Notes: a model not told the origin generated them from the sequence alone. A stretch of 32,000 nucleotides of DNA from Candidatus Saccharimonadota bacterium (GCF_013365495.1 NZ_CP046580.1:180001-212000); one strand, 5' to 3'; positions 1 to 11,559 are shown, counted from the first letter of the stretch. Numbers and translations are program-made.

Positions 1-461
1 AAACTTCTTAAATAGAGGTATTATTACCTATATACATTAGAGTTTACTATTTTAAAAGCGTTTCTACTAGAAATCTTTTCTAAGGTCTTTTATTTTTTTC
101 TAAAAACTTACTTTTAGTGTATAGTAATTTTTTTGAAGAAGTAATATTTTTTGCTTGCTTTGAGTTTTTTGTGATGCTTTTTTCTTTTATTAAGATTTAT
201 TAATTAAGTATGAAACTGAAACAGTAAATTGTAAAATTTTCAAACTTAACTAAAGTTAAAAAAATGAAGAAAATTTTTATAACTAAATTAAATTTTATAA
301 ATCTAGTTAATTTTTGTTGTAAATTTTAATAGACATAATATATTATTAAATAATCAGTAACAATCAATATAAGATAACTAATTTTGTCAAGTTTAAGGTA
401 TAGTGAGTATGAAGAGTTGAATTTTTAGTATTTGTTAATTTATTTTAGATTTTAAATAGTT

Positions 462-1736
462 ATGTTAAAGGAAGAGGACAAAATATTCACAAACTTGAAT
501 GGTAGAGAAAATTCACTGCTTAAAGATGCGAAAAAGCGTGGAAGTTGGCAGAAAACAAAAGAGCTATTAGATTTAGGTTCCGAAAAGATTATTGATGAGG
601 TAAAAAAATCTGGCTTAAGAGGTCGAGGAGGTGCAGGTTTTTTAACTGGTCTTAAGTGGAGTTTTATGCTCAAAAATTCTTTAAAAAAACAACCGATATA
701 TCTAGTAGTGAATGCAGATGAGTCAGAGCCTGGTACATGCAAAGATAGAGACATATTAAGATATGAACCACATAAATTGCTTGAGGGAATTCTCTTGGCT
801 GGTAAAGCAATTAATGCATCAACTGCATATATTTACATAAGAGGTGAGTTTTATAATGAATATCTAGTTTTAAAAAAATCACTTAAGGAAGCTTATAAGG
901 AAGGACTGATCGGAAAAAATGCATGTAGATCGGACTATAATCTTGATGTATTTATCCATAGAGGTGCGGGAGCTTATATATGTGGAGAAGAAACAGCTCA
1001 ACTTGAGTCAATCGAAGGAAAAAGAGGATTTCCTCGCATAAAGCCTCCATTTCCTGCAGAAGTTGGGCTTTTTGGTTGTCCAACTACAATAAATAACGTT
1101 GAAACCATAGCTATGATTCCAGATATTTTGCGTCGTGGAGGAGAATGGTTTGCATCTCTCGGTAAAGTAAATAATACTGGTACTAAGATCTTTAGTATTT
1201 CAGGGCATGTAAATAATCCCTGTAATGTTGAAGAAGAACTTGGCATTCCACTACGTGAATTAATTGAAAAATATGCAGGTGGAGTTCAAGGGGGTTGGGA
1301 TAATTTACTTGCTGTAATACCTGGTGGATCTTCAGTATCATTAATTCCAAAATTTATATGTGACACTATTGAAATGGATTTTGACTCATTAAGAGCTGTA
1401 CGGTCAGGACTTGGTACTGCTGCTGTAATAGTAATGAACAAATCAACTGATGTAATAGCTGCAATAGAAAGATTATCACATTTTTATATGCATGAATCAT
1501 GTGGACAGTGCACGCCATGTCGTGAGGGTACTGGGTGGATATGGAGAATTATGAAACGAATGGTAACAGGAAAAATTAGTCTTAATGAAATAGATAAGTT
1601 GCTTAATCTTACAACTCAAATAGAAGGACATACAATTTGCGCACTTGGTGATGCTGCAGCTTGGCCAATTCAAGGATTAATAAGACATTTTCGTCATTTA
1701 ATTGAAGAAAGGGCTCAGTTTAATAGAAGTATATAA
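462..1736 (+). CDS. nuoF: NADH-quinone oxidoreductase subunit F (complex I 51-kDa NADH/FMN-binding subunit)
   Basis: 424-aa ORF starting [14 protein letters not shown]. Contains the glycine-rich [13 protein letters not shown] motif and the [12 protein letters not shown] ... ICALGDAA cysteines typical of the NuoF 4Fe-4S site. ATG start, TAA stop. Confidence 0.97.
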   Translation: MLKEEDKIFTNLNGRENSLLKDAKKRGSWQKTKELLDLGSEKIIDEVKKSGLRGRGGAGFLTGLKWSFMLKNSLKKQPIYLVVNADESEPGTCKDRDILRYEPHKLLEGILLAGKAINASTAYIYIRGEFYNEYLVLKKSLKEAYKEGLIGKNACRSDYNLDVFIHRGAGAYICGEETAQLESIEGKRGFPRIKPPFPAEVGLFGCPTTINNVETIAMIPDILRRGGEWFASLGKVNNTGTKIFSISGHVNNPCNVEEELGIPLRELIEKYAGGVQGGWDNLLAVIPGGSSVSLIPKFICDTIEMDFDSLRAVRSGLGTAAVIVMNKSTDVIAAIERLSHFYMHESCGQCTPCREGTGWIWRIMKRMVTGKISLNEIDKLLNLTTQIEGHTICALGDAAAWPIQGLIRHFRHLIEERAQFNRSI

Positions 1737-1892
1737 AAAAAATTTATATATTAATAAACTAGATTAAAATTGCTGATAAATTTGTTAGGAACTTACTTTA
1801 ACAGTAAAAGCACTGGTTATATTTAATATATGTAAGCAAAAGGATTATATTAATACTTAATTTCGTGTTTACTAGAAGATTATGTTTTTAAT

Positions 1893-1922
1893 AAAAAAAC
1901 TTCTTACTTTTAGGTAAGCAGT
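1893..1922 (-). terminator. candidate rho-independent terminator downstream of nth
   Basis: On the minus strand it reads ACTGCTTAC-CTAAAA-GTAAGAAGT: a 9-bp stem with one G/A mismatch (arms 1914-1922 and 1899-1907) and a 6-nt loop. A T-run follows directly (A-run 1893-1899 on the plus strand). It lies about 130 nt after the nth stop. The stem is AT-rich and therefore weak. Confidence 0.35.
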
Positions 1923-2054
1923 TATAGTCATTTCAAGCAGTAAAAATACCAATTCTGATTCAAAAATTAATTTCTTCACAAAAAAATAATGCTCTTTTTG
2001 CTTGATATATTTTAAAATATAAAACAATTTTGTAAATAGTAAAATATAAAAATA

Positions 2055-2693
2055 CTAGATCCTACGTTTTTTATTATGAAATTCACATAAATTATAAATT
2101 ATGCATGTTTTGCACAAAGGGTTTTGTGCTTTGCAAGTATATCTACCATGTAAAACTAGCCAGTGATGAGCATATAATAGGTACTTTTTTGGCACTTTAT
2201 TTAAAAGAGATTGCTCTGTTTTAAATAAATCTTGTTCTTTTACAAGACCAATTCTATTGCTTACTCTGAACACGTGAGTATCAACTGCTAATGTTGGAAT
2301 ACCAAGCCCAGTATTTAAGAATACATTAGCACTCTTCCTTCCTACTCCAGGTAAAGATAACAAGTCGTTAAAATTTGCAGGAACTTTACTATGATACTGT
2401 TCAATCAATTTTTTACTAAGATTAACTATATTTTTTGCTTTGGAATTATATAAACCGATACTGCTTATATATTTTTTTACTTTATTTTGTCCAAGATTTA
2501 GCATTTTTTCTGGTGTATCAGCGATACTAAATAATTTTTTTGTGACTTTATTAACACTTGCATCAGTTGTTCGTGCTGATAAAACTATCGCAGTTAGCAA
2601 AGTAAAATGATTGGTATAATTTAATTCTATTTTAGGTATTGGATTTGATTGTCTAAATTTTTTAAATACTAATTCTATTTTTTTTAAATCCAT
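2055..2693 (-). CDS. nth: endonuclease III (DNA glycosylase/AP lyase)
   Basis: 212-aa ORF with the helix-hairpin-helix motif LLSLPGVGRKSANVFL. The C-terminal 4Fe-4S loop is CKAQNPLCKTCIIYNLC, i.e. C-x6-C-x2-C-x5-C. Confidence 0.95.
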   Translation of the reverse strand: MDLKKIELVFKKFRQSNPIPKIELNYTNHFTLLTAIVLSARTTDASVNKVTKKLFSIADTPEKMLNLGQNKVKKYISSIGLYNSKAKNIVNLSKKLIEQYHSKVPANFNDLLSLPGVGRKSANVFLNTGLGIPTLAVDTHVFRVSNRIGLVKEQDLFKTEQSLLNKVPKKYLLYAHHWLVLHGRYTCKAQNPLCKTCIIYNLCEFHNKKRRI

Positions 2694-3990
2694 TTATAGA
2701 ACTAAAATTTTTATATTCTACTATTTATAGTATAAACTTAATTCTTAGAGTTTAAGCTATTATTAAATAGTGATATTAAATAGATAGATATTTATATTTT
2801 TAAAGTTTTTCTCTCAACTAATTTACTTTTACTCGTAAAGTCCTTCAATAAATAAGAAGTATTAATCACATATAGTTTTTATAAATCATATCATCATAAA
2901 TCACTTTTCTCTCGATTCTGTTTCTTAATTCTTAAATTTTCTTTACATTTTTTAATGTATATTTCTTAGATCTTTAAAAAAATAGAGAGCGTAACTTTAA
3001 TTAACATTGCTAAAATATTAAAGAGCCAAACAAACTTGTAGTCTAGAATTAATCGCAGTAGTAAAATTTACTGTAGCAAATAAATAGAAAAATAATTAAG
3101 GAATATATGAAAAAGACTTTGCCTTTTAATTAGATAAAACTAGCTCATTTTACTGAAAATATCGGTAAAATTTTTGCTATTTCTATACTTTTTTATAAAC
3201 AGACTAGAAATTATTTACAATAAAAATATTAATGCTATTATTCTACTATGAAAAATAGCAATCAATATCTATACAATAGTGGTTGATAAAGCTTAAATAG
3301 AAAAGCTAAAGTTGAATAAAGAGTAAAAATATTCTTACTTTATAAAGTTTAGTAATAATTCTTTTCTTGATTAAATTTTTTAATTTTCTTTAGGAGTAGT
3401 ATAGCTAAATCATCATAAACTGAGTTTGACTTATGTTAACATTTTAATTTTTTATTGCCTTTTTAGGATTTGAACTTGAATTCTGTAAAAGCCTTTTTTT
3501 ATTTGATGTAAACCTTTATACTGCTCAAGTCACTTAAATAAAAAGTCTTTACTTATAATATAGATATTAATTGATGTAATATCTTTTGATTACTTTTTTT
3601 AAATTAATTTTCTTAAAACTCTTTCTATAATAAAATTTATATACTATTGAATACCATCATATTCAATATCAACACTTACTTTTAAACAGACTTATAACCA
3701 TAAAAGTCTACACATGCTTTTTTTTTACCCATAATAAGCTTTATAAGCTCGATCAAATTTATTCCTGTTCAACTTTTATCAAAAAATTTTATAAGAACTA
3801 ACTTTCTATATTACTCTATAGAAACTATCAAAAACTTAATAAACATTACTTATAACTTATCTAATTATCATTTTCAATACATTAAATAAAACAGTACTAT
3901 TTTCACTCTCTAATTAATTACTTTGATATGAATTTATACTATCTATATTGAATAGCATATGCTGAACATAGACATGTGAATAATTTTTGA

Positions 3991-5424
3991 TTAAATAAAA
4001 AAACCTTCTTTTCCATCATATAAATATAACTTATCCATTCTTACTACGTCAAAGCTGTTTTCTTCAAGTGTAATGAGTAAGTTATTTACATCACTATTTG
4101 TAGTAGTTTTTTTATTATTTGCAATAAATCTACAAATCACTTGATCGCTTGAAGAAGATTTTAAATTTCCTGGCCAAACTACAAGTCCTTTTGAGTATAT
4201 TGCTTTAATCTTTAAATTGCTTGATTTAAATAATTTTACTAATTGATTAAAATCTACTGATTTATTCCAGGCAAGTGTTACATCACTACCAACTAACTTT
4301 TTTATGTCATAGCTCTTTCCATAATCATTCCATGTCTCCTTTACTTTGCTATTATTTGAATAATTGCCGATCATAAATTCAGACAATATTTTAGGCTTTT
4401 TTCCTAAATTACTTATAACGGCTTCTGCAAATTCTTTTGTGCCAACTTTCTGTTTACTTTTTTCTTCCTTGTATAAATCGGCAGTGTGTATTCCATCTTC
4501 TAAAGTTTTTGTCCATGCATTATAAATTAATTTTGCAGTATCTACTTGGTTTATATAAACCAGCATATGCACTGCAGCATTGAGCAGTCCAGAAGGATTA
4601 GCAATATTTTTTCCTGCAATATCAGGAGCTGATCCGTGAACTGCTTCAAACATTGCGTATTTACTACCTATATTACTGCTTCCAGCTAATCCTACAGAAC
4701 CTGAAATTTGTGCCATTATATCTGATAATATATCGCCATATAAGTTTCCAGTTACTATAATATCAAAGTTTTCAGGTTCTGTGATAATACGTGCCATTCC
4801 TATGTCAACTATATAATGTTCCGCCTCTATATCTTGGTACTTTTTTGCAATACGATTAAATTCTGCATAAAAAGTGCCGTCGGTCATTTTCATGATGTTA
4901 TTTTTAGTTAGGCAAGTTACTTTTTTTCTGTTGTGTTTTTTTGCATATTCAAAAGCATACTTACATATTTTTTCTGAGCCTGATCTGGTAATAATTTTAG
5001 TACATTGGTAAGAGTCATCAGTGAATCTGTGTTCAATCCCTGTATAAACGTCTTCTTCATTTTCACGTATTATAATAATATTAAATTTATTAAATTTGTT
5101 TTCTATAATAGGGTGATACGAAGTACACGGTCTAATATTTGCGTATAGTCCAAGATTTTTTCTTAGTATAACATTTAAACTTTTATGTCCTTTACCCTGG
5201 GGAGTCGTTGTTGGAGACTTAAGCAACATCTTTGTCTTTTTAATAGATTCCCATCCACTTGGAGAAATTCCATGAGACCATTTTTTATTATGGACAAGAT
5301 TTCCTATTTCAATAGTATTTATTGAGATTTTTGCTTGCGCTTCATATAATATAGACAGTACTGCTTTCATAATCTCTGGTCCGATACCATCGCCATATGC
5401 AACAGTTATTGGTGTTGACATCAT
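3991..5424 (-). CDS. icd: isocitrate dehydrogenase (isocitrate/isopropylmalate dehydrogenase family) with ~130-aa C-terminal extension
   Basis: 477-aa ORF with N-terminal ITVAYGDGIGPEIM and the metal/substrate motif GNLYGDILSD. The family-like region ends near GTKEFAEAVISNLGKKP (about residue 343). The remaining ~133 aa have no motif I recognise. Confidence 0.93.
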   Translation of the reverse strand: MMSTPITVAYGDGIGPEIMKAVLSILYEAQAKISINTIEIGNLVHNKKWSHGISPSGWESIKKTKMLLKSPTTTPQGKGHKSLNVILRKNLGLYANIRPCTSYHPIIENKFNKFNIIIIRENEEDVYTGIEHRFTDDSYQCTKIITRSGSEKICKYAFEYAKKHNRKKVTCLTKNNIMKMTDGTFYAEFNRIAKKYQDIEAEHYIVDIGMARIITEPENFDIIVTGNLYGDILSDIMAQISGSVGLAGSSNIGSKYAMFEAVHGSAPDIAGKNIANPSGLLNAAVHMLVYINQVDTAKLIYNAWTKTLEDGIHTADLYKEEKSKQKVGTKEFAEAVISNLGKKPKILSEFMIGNYSNNSKVKETWNDYGKSYDIKKLVGSDVTLAWNKSVDFNQLVKLFKSSNLKIKAIYSKGLVVWPGNLKSSSSDQVICRFIANNKKTTTNSDVNNLLITLEENSFDVVRMDKLYLYDGKEGFFI

Positions 5425-6802
5425 TTTCTTCTACTATAAAAAACTTAATGTTAATCTAAATGCTAGAATAGTACAAGTAGCAATGCTACTTTCAATAGTG
5501 TATTTTCATAGTTACCTAATCATATATTTATATACCATAATTATGTATTAAGATAGAGTATTAAGATGAATAATATTGATTAGGATTAGGTTCTTTGACG
5601 GTGAGTAGTGAATTTTGAACATATAAATCAAAAGATGATTATGAGTTAAAATCATTATTATTTAGGTAATGCGACTTCAATTATGAAATAGGTGATTAGA
5701 GCGTATTCTAAAATACTTTGAAAGTATAAGATAGAAGATATATTAGTTAATATCTCAGTAAAGATATTTAATATGGATAATTAGAAAGTATTTTGAAAAA
5801 TGAATAAACACATAACTATATTCTTAAGTAATAAAAGTTAATTTGTTTTCGTATTAGAAAATTTTACTTCTTTAGTTATAGAAATGAAGCATTACTAGTT
5901 TGTGTACTATAGTTCAAAGGAAAGTTATAGATAATAAGGATATTACAGTAACTTCAGATATAAAAAGTATTCATTAAAGCAGTTCCTATATATAATTAAC
6001 TTATAGTAAAAAATATAATTAGAAGTAAAGTGTAACAAATTCTTTGATAAGAACTATCTTATATAAAGATAATAGTAAGTGATTAACATTAAGTTTTAAG
6101 TATGAAGCAGAAATTATTTTGTTTAAAAAATATAGAGTTGATAGTTCTGTTTTGATCTCTTTAACTTGAAGGGAGAAATGGGTAAGAAATTGTAAAAAGG
6201 GTCTTTAAATGTATAAGAAATGAGTTTTTTAAAAAATAACTATTTGATATAAATATTAATCAAGTTTTAAATCTTGTTTTGGAAATATATATGAATAATT
6301 TTGATGGTGCTGAATAGTATTTACTTAGTGTTAACGTGTTTATTGATATAGTATTAGGTATAATTTTCTGATTGTAAAAGAACATTTATTACAGGTAAAA
6401 AAAATATCAATATAAGTCAGAGATTCTTTATAAGAATATTAAAAAAGTACTTTAAATCTTGGTGAATGTATAATATGTGCATTATATTTAACAGTAATAA
6501 AAAAAGGAATAATACCTCTATTTAAAAGGTCAGTGTCTTAATAATGTTTTAAGTATTTTATAAATATATTTTTATCCATATAAGTAATTAAAGACAGAAA
6601 GGTAATAAAATTTATAAAAATGGTATATATAGTATAAAAATTGAACAATAAGATACTATCTACATGGTACTTTCATTATTTAATTTATAAAGATTGAAAA
6701 TATTGATTGTCTTAGTCTTTTGATAAGAAAATAATAAATCTATTAAGTAATTTTTTTGTTCTACATGTTTAATATGTGCAAAATTGTTGTATATAAGGTT
6801 TA

Positions 6803-6833
6803 TTGACTTTTAGTACACTTTTGCCTATATAAT
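6803..6833 (+). promoter_or_regulatory. candidate sigma-70-type promoter upstream of nuoD
   Basis: TTGACT (6803-6808), a 17-nt spacer, then TATATA (6826-6831), which overlaps TATAAT at 6828-6833. It sits 24-30 nt upstream of the nuoD ATG. In this AT-rich background -10-like hexamers are common, so this is weak evidence. Confidence 0.3.
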
Positions 6834-6856
6834 TTTAATATTTTGAATTACTAGAC

Positions 6857-8029
6857 ATGCCTAATTTAAAAACAATGATGTTAAATTTTGGACCTCAGCA
6901 CCCAGCTGCACATGGAGTATTACGTCTTGTTTTAGAAATGAGTGGCGAAGTGATTGAAAGAGCTGATCCTCATATTGGTCTCTTACATCGTGGTACTGAA
7001 AAATTAATAGAACATAAAACTTATCTTCAAGCCTTACCTTATTTTGATCGTCTTGATTATGTGTCACCAATGTCACAAGAGCATGCATATTCTTTGTGTG
7101 TAGAGAAATTACTGCAGTGTGAAATTCCAGTTAGGGCAAAATATTTGCGTGTTCTATTTTGTGAATTGACACGGATACTTAATCATTTACTTAATATTTC
7201 TTCTCAAGCACTTGATGTTGGGGCAATGACTCCTCTTTTGTGGCTTTTTGAAGAGAGAGAAAAGATACTAGAGTTTTATGAAAGAGCTTCAGGAGCAAGG
7301 TTTCATGCAGCTTATATCAGACCAGGGGGAGTTGCAGCAGATATTCCAGAAGGTTTAATTGAAGATATTGCAGAGTTTATAGAGCAATTTCCAAAATATA
7401 TAGATGATATTGATGAGCTTTTAACAGAAAATAGGATATGGAAACAACGTACTGTGGGAATTAGTGAGATGTCAATAAAGCAAGTTCTTGATTGGGGTTT
7501 TAGTGGTCCAATGTTACGTGCAGCTGGGCTTGCTTGGGATTTACGAAAAAGTCAACCATATGAGATATATGACCAATTAGATTTTGATATACCTATTGGT
7601 CAAAGTGGTGACTGTTATGATCGTTATTTAGTAAGAATGGAAGAAATTAGGCAATCCATTAGCTTAGTGAAGCAATGTATAGAAAGAATGCCTGAAGGAC
7701 CGGTAAAAACTGAAGATAAAAAAATTTCTCCACCACCAAGAGCAGAAATGAAAAAATCTATGGAAGCGCTAATTCACCATTTTAAGCTTTATTCGGAAGG
7801 ATACCATGTACCAGAAGGTGAAGCTTATGTAGCTGTTGAAGCACCAAAAGGTGAATTTGGAGTATACATAGTTTCAGATGGCACTAACCAACCATATAGA
7901 TGTAGAATAAGAGCACCTGGTTTTGCACATTTACAAGCTTTAAATTTTATGGCAAAAGGTCATATGCTCTCTGATATTACAGCGATTATTGGTTCACTCG
8001 ATATAGTTTTTGGTGAGATTGATAGGTAG
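6857..8029 (+). CDS. nuoD: NADH-quinone oxidoreductase subunit D (complex I 49-kDa subunit)
   Basis: 390-aa ORF with [29 protein letters not shown], and the C-terminal [11 protein letters not shown] typical of NuoD. Confidence 0.97.
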   Translation: MPNLKTMMLNFGPQHPAAHGVLRLVLEMSGEVIERADPHIGLLHRGTEKLIEHKTYLQALPYFDRLDYVSPMSQEHAYSLCVEKLLQCEIPVRAKYLRVLFCELTRILNHLLNISSQALDVGAMTPLLWLFEEREKILEFYERASGARFHAAYIRPGGVAADIPEGLIEDIAEFIEQFPKYIDDIDELLTENRIWKQRTVGISEMSIKQVLDWGFSGPMLRAAGLAWDLRKSQPYEIYDQLDFDIPIGQSGDCYDRYLVRMEEIRQSISLVKQCIERMPEGPVKTEDKKISPPPRAEMKKSMEALIHHFKLYSEGYHVPEGEAYVAVEAPKGEFGVYIVSDGTNQPYRCRIRAPGFAHLQALNFMAKGHMLSDITAIIGSLDIVFGEIDR

Positions 8030-8181
8030 TGCCTTTAGGATATAACAGTTATAGATATAAATTATTTTTATTTTACATTATATAGTTTACGGTTATTTTT
8101 TATTATTTAATTGCAATGTAAACACTTATGCTATCAATCAGAAGATGGATGAGATCATCATTTATTTTTAATTAGGTTATA

Positions 8182-8970
8182 CTAATCATTTCTCTTTTTA
8201 AGGGGCATATTTTCATTAAATAAGCAAACTGTGCTTGACCCGTTTCTTAAGGTAAATACAGAGCCTACTTTTTCAAGTATAAGGTAATCATTCACTGTAC
8301 GAAAATTTATTAAAGACTCATGTCCTGCAAGATCAACTATAAAAACTGCTGGAAAATCAGAATTATTTTTATCAAACTGCAAATACGTAAATTTCCCGTC
8401 ATCAAAGACCTTGGTTGGTACTATTGATTCACTTCCTTTAATATGAGAGATGGAATAATCAAAGTTTAAACCTTTTTTGACAACTTCAATATCATTTATA
8501 TCAGGAATAGTGATGGGGCTAATTTGCTCGAGTATATTACCATCATAGGTTGTATAAATTTCATCACTGTTAAATAATGGGTAAAGGAATCTTACTTCAT
8601 ATGCCAATCTTGGATCATCTAATCCAGTTGCTTCCTCAGCATGAAATTCAAAATAATAGACTCTTTTATTAGTAATAATTGTTGCATTAGTATCAGCAAT
8701 ATCGTCTACAGGCTTAATGAATAGCCTATTATCTTGAGCAATAAGTTGCCAACCAGTTGGATCACCCATAGAAAGGTTTTGTATTGTTTCACCTGGTTCA
8801 AATAATATGCTCGACTGATAACCATAGAAACCTGTATACTTATGTATAGCTTGTGGATTATAATTTATTACTTTTATATGATTGTCTGCAGCTATTGAAC
8901 GTGGTTCTTGTTTTGCAAAAGTATTACCGCTGTAAAAGAATATTAGTACTATAAATAAAAAACTGCTCAT
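8182..8970 (-). CDS. virB9: type IV secretion system protein VirB9 (stand-alone paralogue)
   Basis: 262-aa ORF with the signal-peptide-like N-terminus MSSFLFIVLIFFYSGNTFA. VirB9/TrbG-like segments include NATIITNKRVYYFEF and the C-terminal FDDGKFTYLQF...PAVFIVD...LINFR...LRNG...VCLFN. No other vir gene is adjacent. Confidence 0.85.
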   Translation of the reverse strand: MSSFLFIVLIFFYSGNTFAKQEPRSIAADNHIKVINYNPQAIHKYTGFYGYQSSILFEPGETIQNLSMGDPTGWQLIAQDNRLFIKPVDDIADTNATIITNKRVYYFEFHAEEATGLDDPRLAYEVRFLYPLFNSDEIYTTYDGNILEQISPITIPDINDIEVVKKGLNFDYSISHIKGSESIVPTKVFDDGKFTYLQFDKNNSDFPAVFIVDLAGHESLINFRTVNDYLILEKVGSVFTLRNGSSTVCLFNENMPLKKRND

Positions 8971-10211
8971 GATATTTAAATTGTATACCGATTATATTTT
9001 ATCATTGAAAAGGTTCGTTGCAATTGTTAGGTATTATAATAATATATATCAAGGATAGTATTATTTATTTTTCTTAAAATTTTTGATTGGAGTTTCATAT
9101 CTTTATAAATTAGATTTAATTTATGATATTTTATCTTTTAGGTACATATCATATATGAATACTGTCTAAAGCATAAATAAAGTTAGATTTTTTTTTGCAG
9201 TTTTATATTTTTATTACTATTTTATTTGAAATATAATCACTAATAAAATAAAATTACTATTGGTTGTGCTTGCATTTAGTGTATTTTATCTATTTCTAAA
9301 TCTGATTGACTTTTTATCTTTAAGTTTTCTATACTAAATAATGATAACTACCAATCTTATTATACATAAATAATTTTTTTTGATTACTTGTTTGAAAACG
9401 GTGTTCATTGCTATAAAAATAATTAAAAAAACATCTTAAATCACTAAAAATGTTTCTTCTTTTACTGATGATTAATAGTACTCTAAAAAAAACTATGAGT
9501 TTTCTATTTTAGAGAATTATTATTAATTAATAGTGTTGATCAAGACTATAAACAATATTACTTTAAAAGCTAGTTTCTAGAGAGACGTTAAATTTTTATT
9601 TAATTATTTCGTGATCTTCTTATTTTCTATTTACTTTAAATCTTTGCTTTAAACTAGGATCATTTTTTAACTTCTCTTTTTTATTTCTTTACTTATTTTA
9701 TCATATTTTTAAGAAAAAAAACAATAAACCACTCTATTAAAAATAAAGCAAACATGAATTAAAAAATGTTTGTAATTTTAAAGCCAGGGCCAGATTGTAA
9801 TAGTTTATTTTATTCAATAACTTAAGTTTAAAAGAATTAAAGCCAGAATTCATAAGCTAGGATGAAATATTAATTTATGAATATTTCATTTTAAGAATAT
9901 TTTCTTTATGAGAAAGTATGGTAATATATTGAATTATCTTCATCTAGGAAGAGTAATGTTGAAAATATTAGTATTAGTATGATTGTTTTTTTATAGGATT
10001 GATAGGTAATGTAATTAATATAGCTATATTTTTGTAAATCAATAATTTCTTAGAAGAAATTTACTGCTATTTTTCAAGCTGTTTTTAGTTTTTTAGTAAA
10101 GTAACATTGATAGTTTTGATAAAAAATCTTTTTATTATTTAATAATATATTATTTTAAGAATAATTGAGCTTCAGCTTTATCTTAATGTAGACAGAACTT
10201 TTAAATCAAAT

Positions 10212-11006
10212 CTATTTTTTTCCTTTAGTTACATTTATTTTGAGATTTAGTGTACTCCAAAGCATTATTGTTCCTAACAAAATCATGGGTGCTGAAAGTA
10301 GTTGTCCCATAGTTAAACCAAGCCATAAATAGCCTATTTGATAATCTGGTTCGCGGAAAAATTCAACTATGAAACGTGCTATTCCGTACCATATAACTGC
10401 AATGCTGGTTAATACACCCTGATATAATCTTATTTTAGTTAGAAAAAATAATAGGTTTATAACTATAAAAAGCAGTAGTCCTTCAAGGAGGGCTTCATAA
10501 AGTTGACTTGGGTGACGTGGTAGATTATCGCTATCTTTTGAAAATACTATACCCCACGGTGTGGTTGTGACTCTACCAAATAACTCTCCATTTATAAGAT
10601 TACCTATGCGACCTAAAAGTAAACCTATGGGAACTCCACAGGAGATTAGATCTAGTGTATAGAGTATTGGAATTTTATATTTTTTACATGAAATGATTAC
10701 TGCAAAAAAAACTCCTACGGCACCACCATGAAAGGACATACCTCCTTTCCAGGTTTTAAATATTTCAATAGGGTTGTTTGTATAGTAACTTAGATCATAT
10801 ATCAATACGTAGCCAAGCCTACCTCCAAAAATGATACCTATAATGGTAGCTGTTAATAATGAGTCATAAAAATTTTTGATAAATATCTTGTGCTTGTCTA
10901 ACTTATATAAGTACCAGTATGTAAACATGATACCAAAAATATATGCTAGAGAATACCAATATATAGCAACAGAACCAATTTTAAAAATTACTGGATTTAA
11001 GGACAT
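10212..11006 (-). CDS. lgt: prolipoprotein diacylglyceryl transferase
   Basis: 264-aa polytopic membrane ORF with the motifs GGMSFHGG and GRIGNLINGELFGR. Its start overlaps the smpB stop by 10 nt. Confidence 0.95.
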   Translation of the reverse strand: MSLNPVIFKIGSVAIYWYSLAYIFGIMFTYWYLYKLDKHKIFIKNFYDSLLTATIIGIIFGGRLGYVLIYDLSYYTNNPIEIFKTWKGGMSFHGGAVGVFFAVIISCKKYKIPILYTLDLISCGVPIGLLLGRIGNLINGELFGRVTTTPWGIVFSKDSDNLPRHPSQLYEALLEGLLLFIVINLLFFLTKIRLYQGVLTSIAVIWYGIARFIVEFFREPDYQIGYLWLGLTMGQLLSAPMILLGTIMLWSTLNLKINVTKGKK

Positions 11007-11464
11007 ATTTGTTTTAATTTACTTAAAAATAATCTACTTTTTTCACGATTCCACTCTCTCTGTTTTATTATTGCTCTTTTGTCGTAAAGTTTTTTTCCTT
11101 TTACAATAGCAATTTTAGTTTTTATTAATCCTTTGTTATTGAAATAAATTGAAAGTGGCACAATAGTTGTTCCGGTGGTTTTAATTTGCTTAATTAATTT
11201 TTTTACCTCTTTTTTATGTAGAAGCAGTTTACGTTCTCTTTTTGGTTCATGATTTTTTTGGTTTATGGCTTTATTATATTCCGCAATATACATATTGTGT
11301 AGCCATATTTCGTCATTTTTTCCAATAACATAAGCGTTAGAAATGTTGACTTTTTTTTTTCTTAATGATTTAACTTCACTACTTAGTAAGACTATACCTG
11401 CTTCAAGTTCTTCTAAAATAAAGTATTCAAATTTTGTTTTGCTATTTTCTATAATAATTTCCAT
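10997..11464 (-). CDS. smpB: SsrA (tmRNA)-binding protein SmpB
   Basis: 155-aa ORF with EAGIVLLSSEVKSLR, PKRERKLLLHKKEV, and the basic C-terminal tail GKKLYDKRAIIKQREW. Confidence 0.95.
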   Translation of the reverse strand: MEIIIENSKTKFEYFILEELEAGIVLLSSEVKSLRKKKVNISNAYVIGKNDEIWLHNMYIAEYNKAINQKNHEPKRERKLLLHKKEVKKLIKQIKTTGTTIVPLSIYFNNKGLIKTKIAIVKGKKLYDKRAIIKQREWNREKSRLFLSKLKQICP

Positions 11465-11559
11465 CTTTTAAAGATATCTTTCACATTAATATTCTACAAA
11501 ATTTTTAATTTAACTCATAATGGAACAGTTCTTAATGAATAGAAAGTTAATATGCTGCT

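Noticed and set aside
452-1246. Minus-strand ORFs of 100 aa and 82 aa inside nuoF.
   Set aside because: They are antisense to an unambiguous nuoF reading frame and have a low-complexity composition.
2762-2787. Two tandem copies of a 13-mer (ATTAAATAGTGAT / ATTAAATAGATAG).
   Set aside because: There are only two imperfect copies in AT-rich DNA. This is not comparable to the multi-copy tandem repeats described for Ehrlichia spacers, and I found no longer arrays.
8-6525. An 18-nt exact inverted match: TTAAATAGAGGTATTATT at 8-25 and its reverse complement at 6508-6525. It brackets nuoF, nth and icd.
   Set aside because: My rough estimate is that a match of this length is expected about 0.2-0.3 times per 32 kb of this composition. 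The flanks diverge quickly. There is no transposase or other sign of an inversion or mobile element. It is worth a genome-wide word count but not a claim.
6861-7088. 75-aa minus-strand ORF inside nuoD.
   Set aside because: It is an antisense shadow ORF within a highly conserved gene.
9862-9889. 10-bp all-A/T inverted repeat ATGAAATATT-8 nt-AATATTTCAT in the virB9-lgt spacer. Similar short hairpins occur at 13000-13022, 13310-13357 and 26837-26866.
   Set aside because: Stems of 8-11 bp made of A/T pairs are expected several to dozens of times by chance at this composition. None has a convincing GC-rich stem plus a T-tract.
10876-11109. 77-aa plus-strand ORF spanning the lgt/smpB junction.
   Set aside because: It is antisense to two well-supported genes and has a hydrophobic, low-complexity translation.
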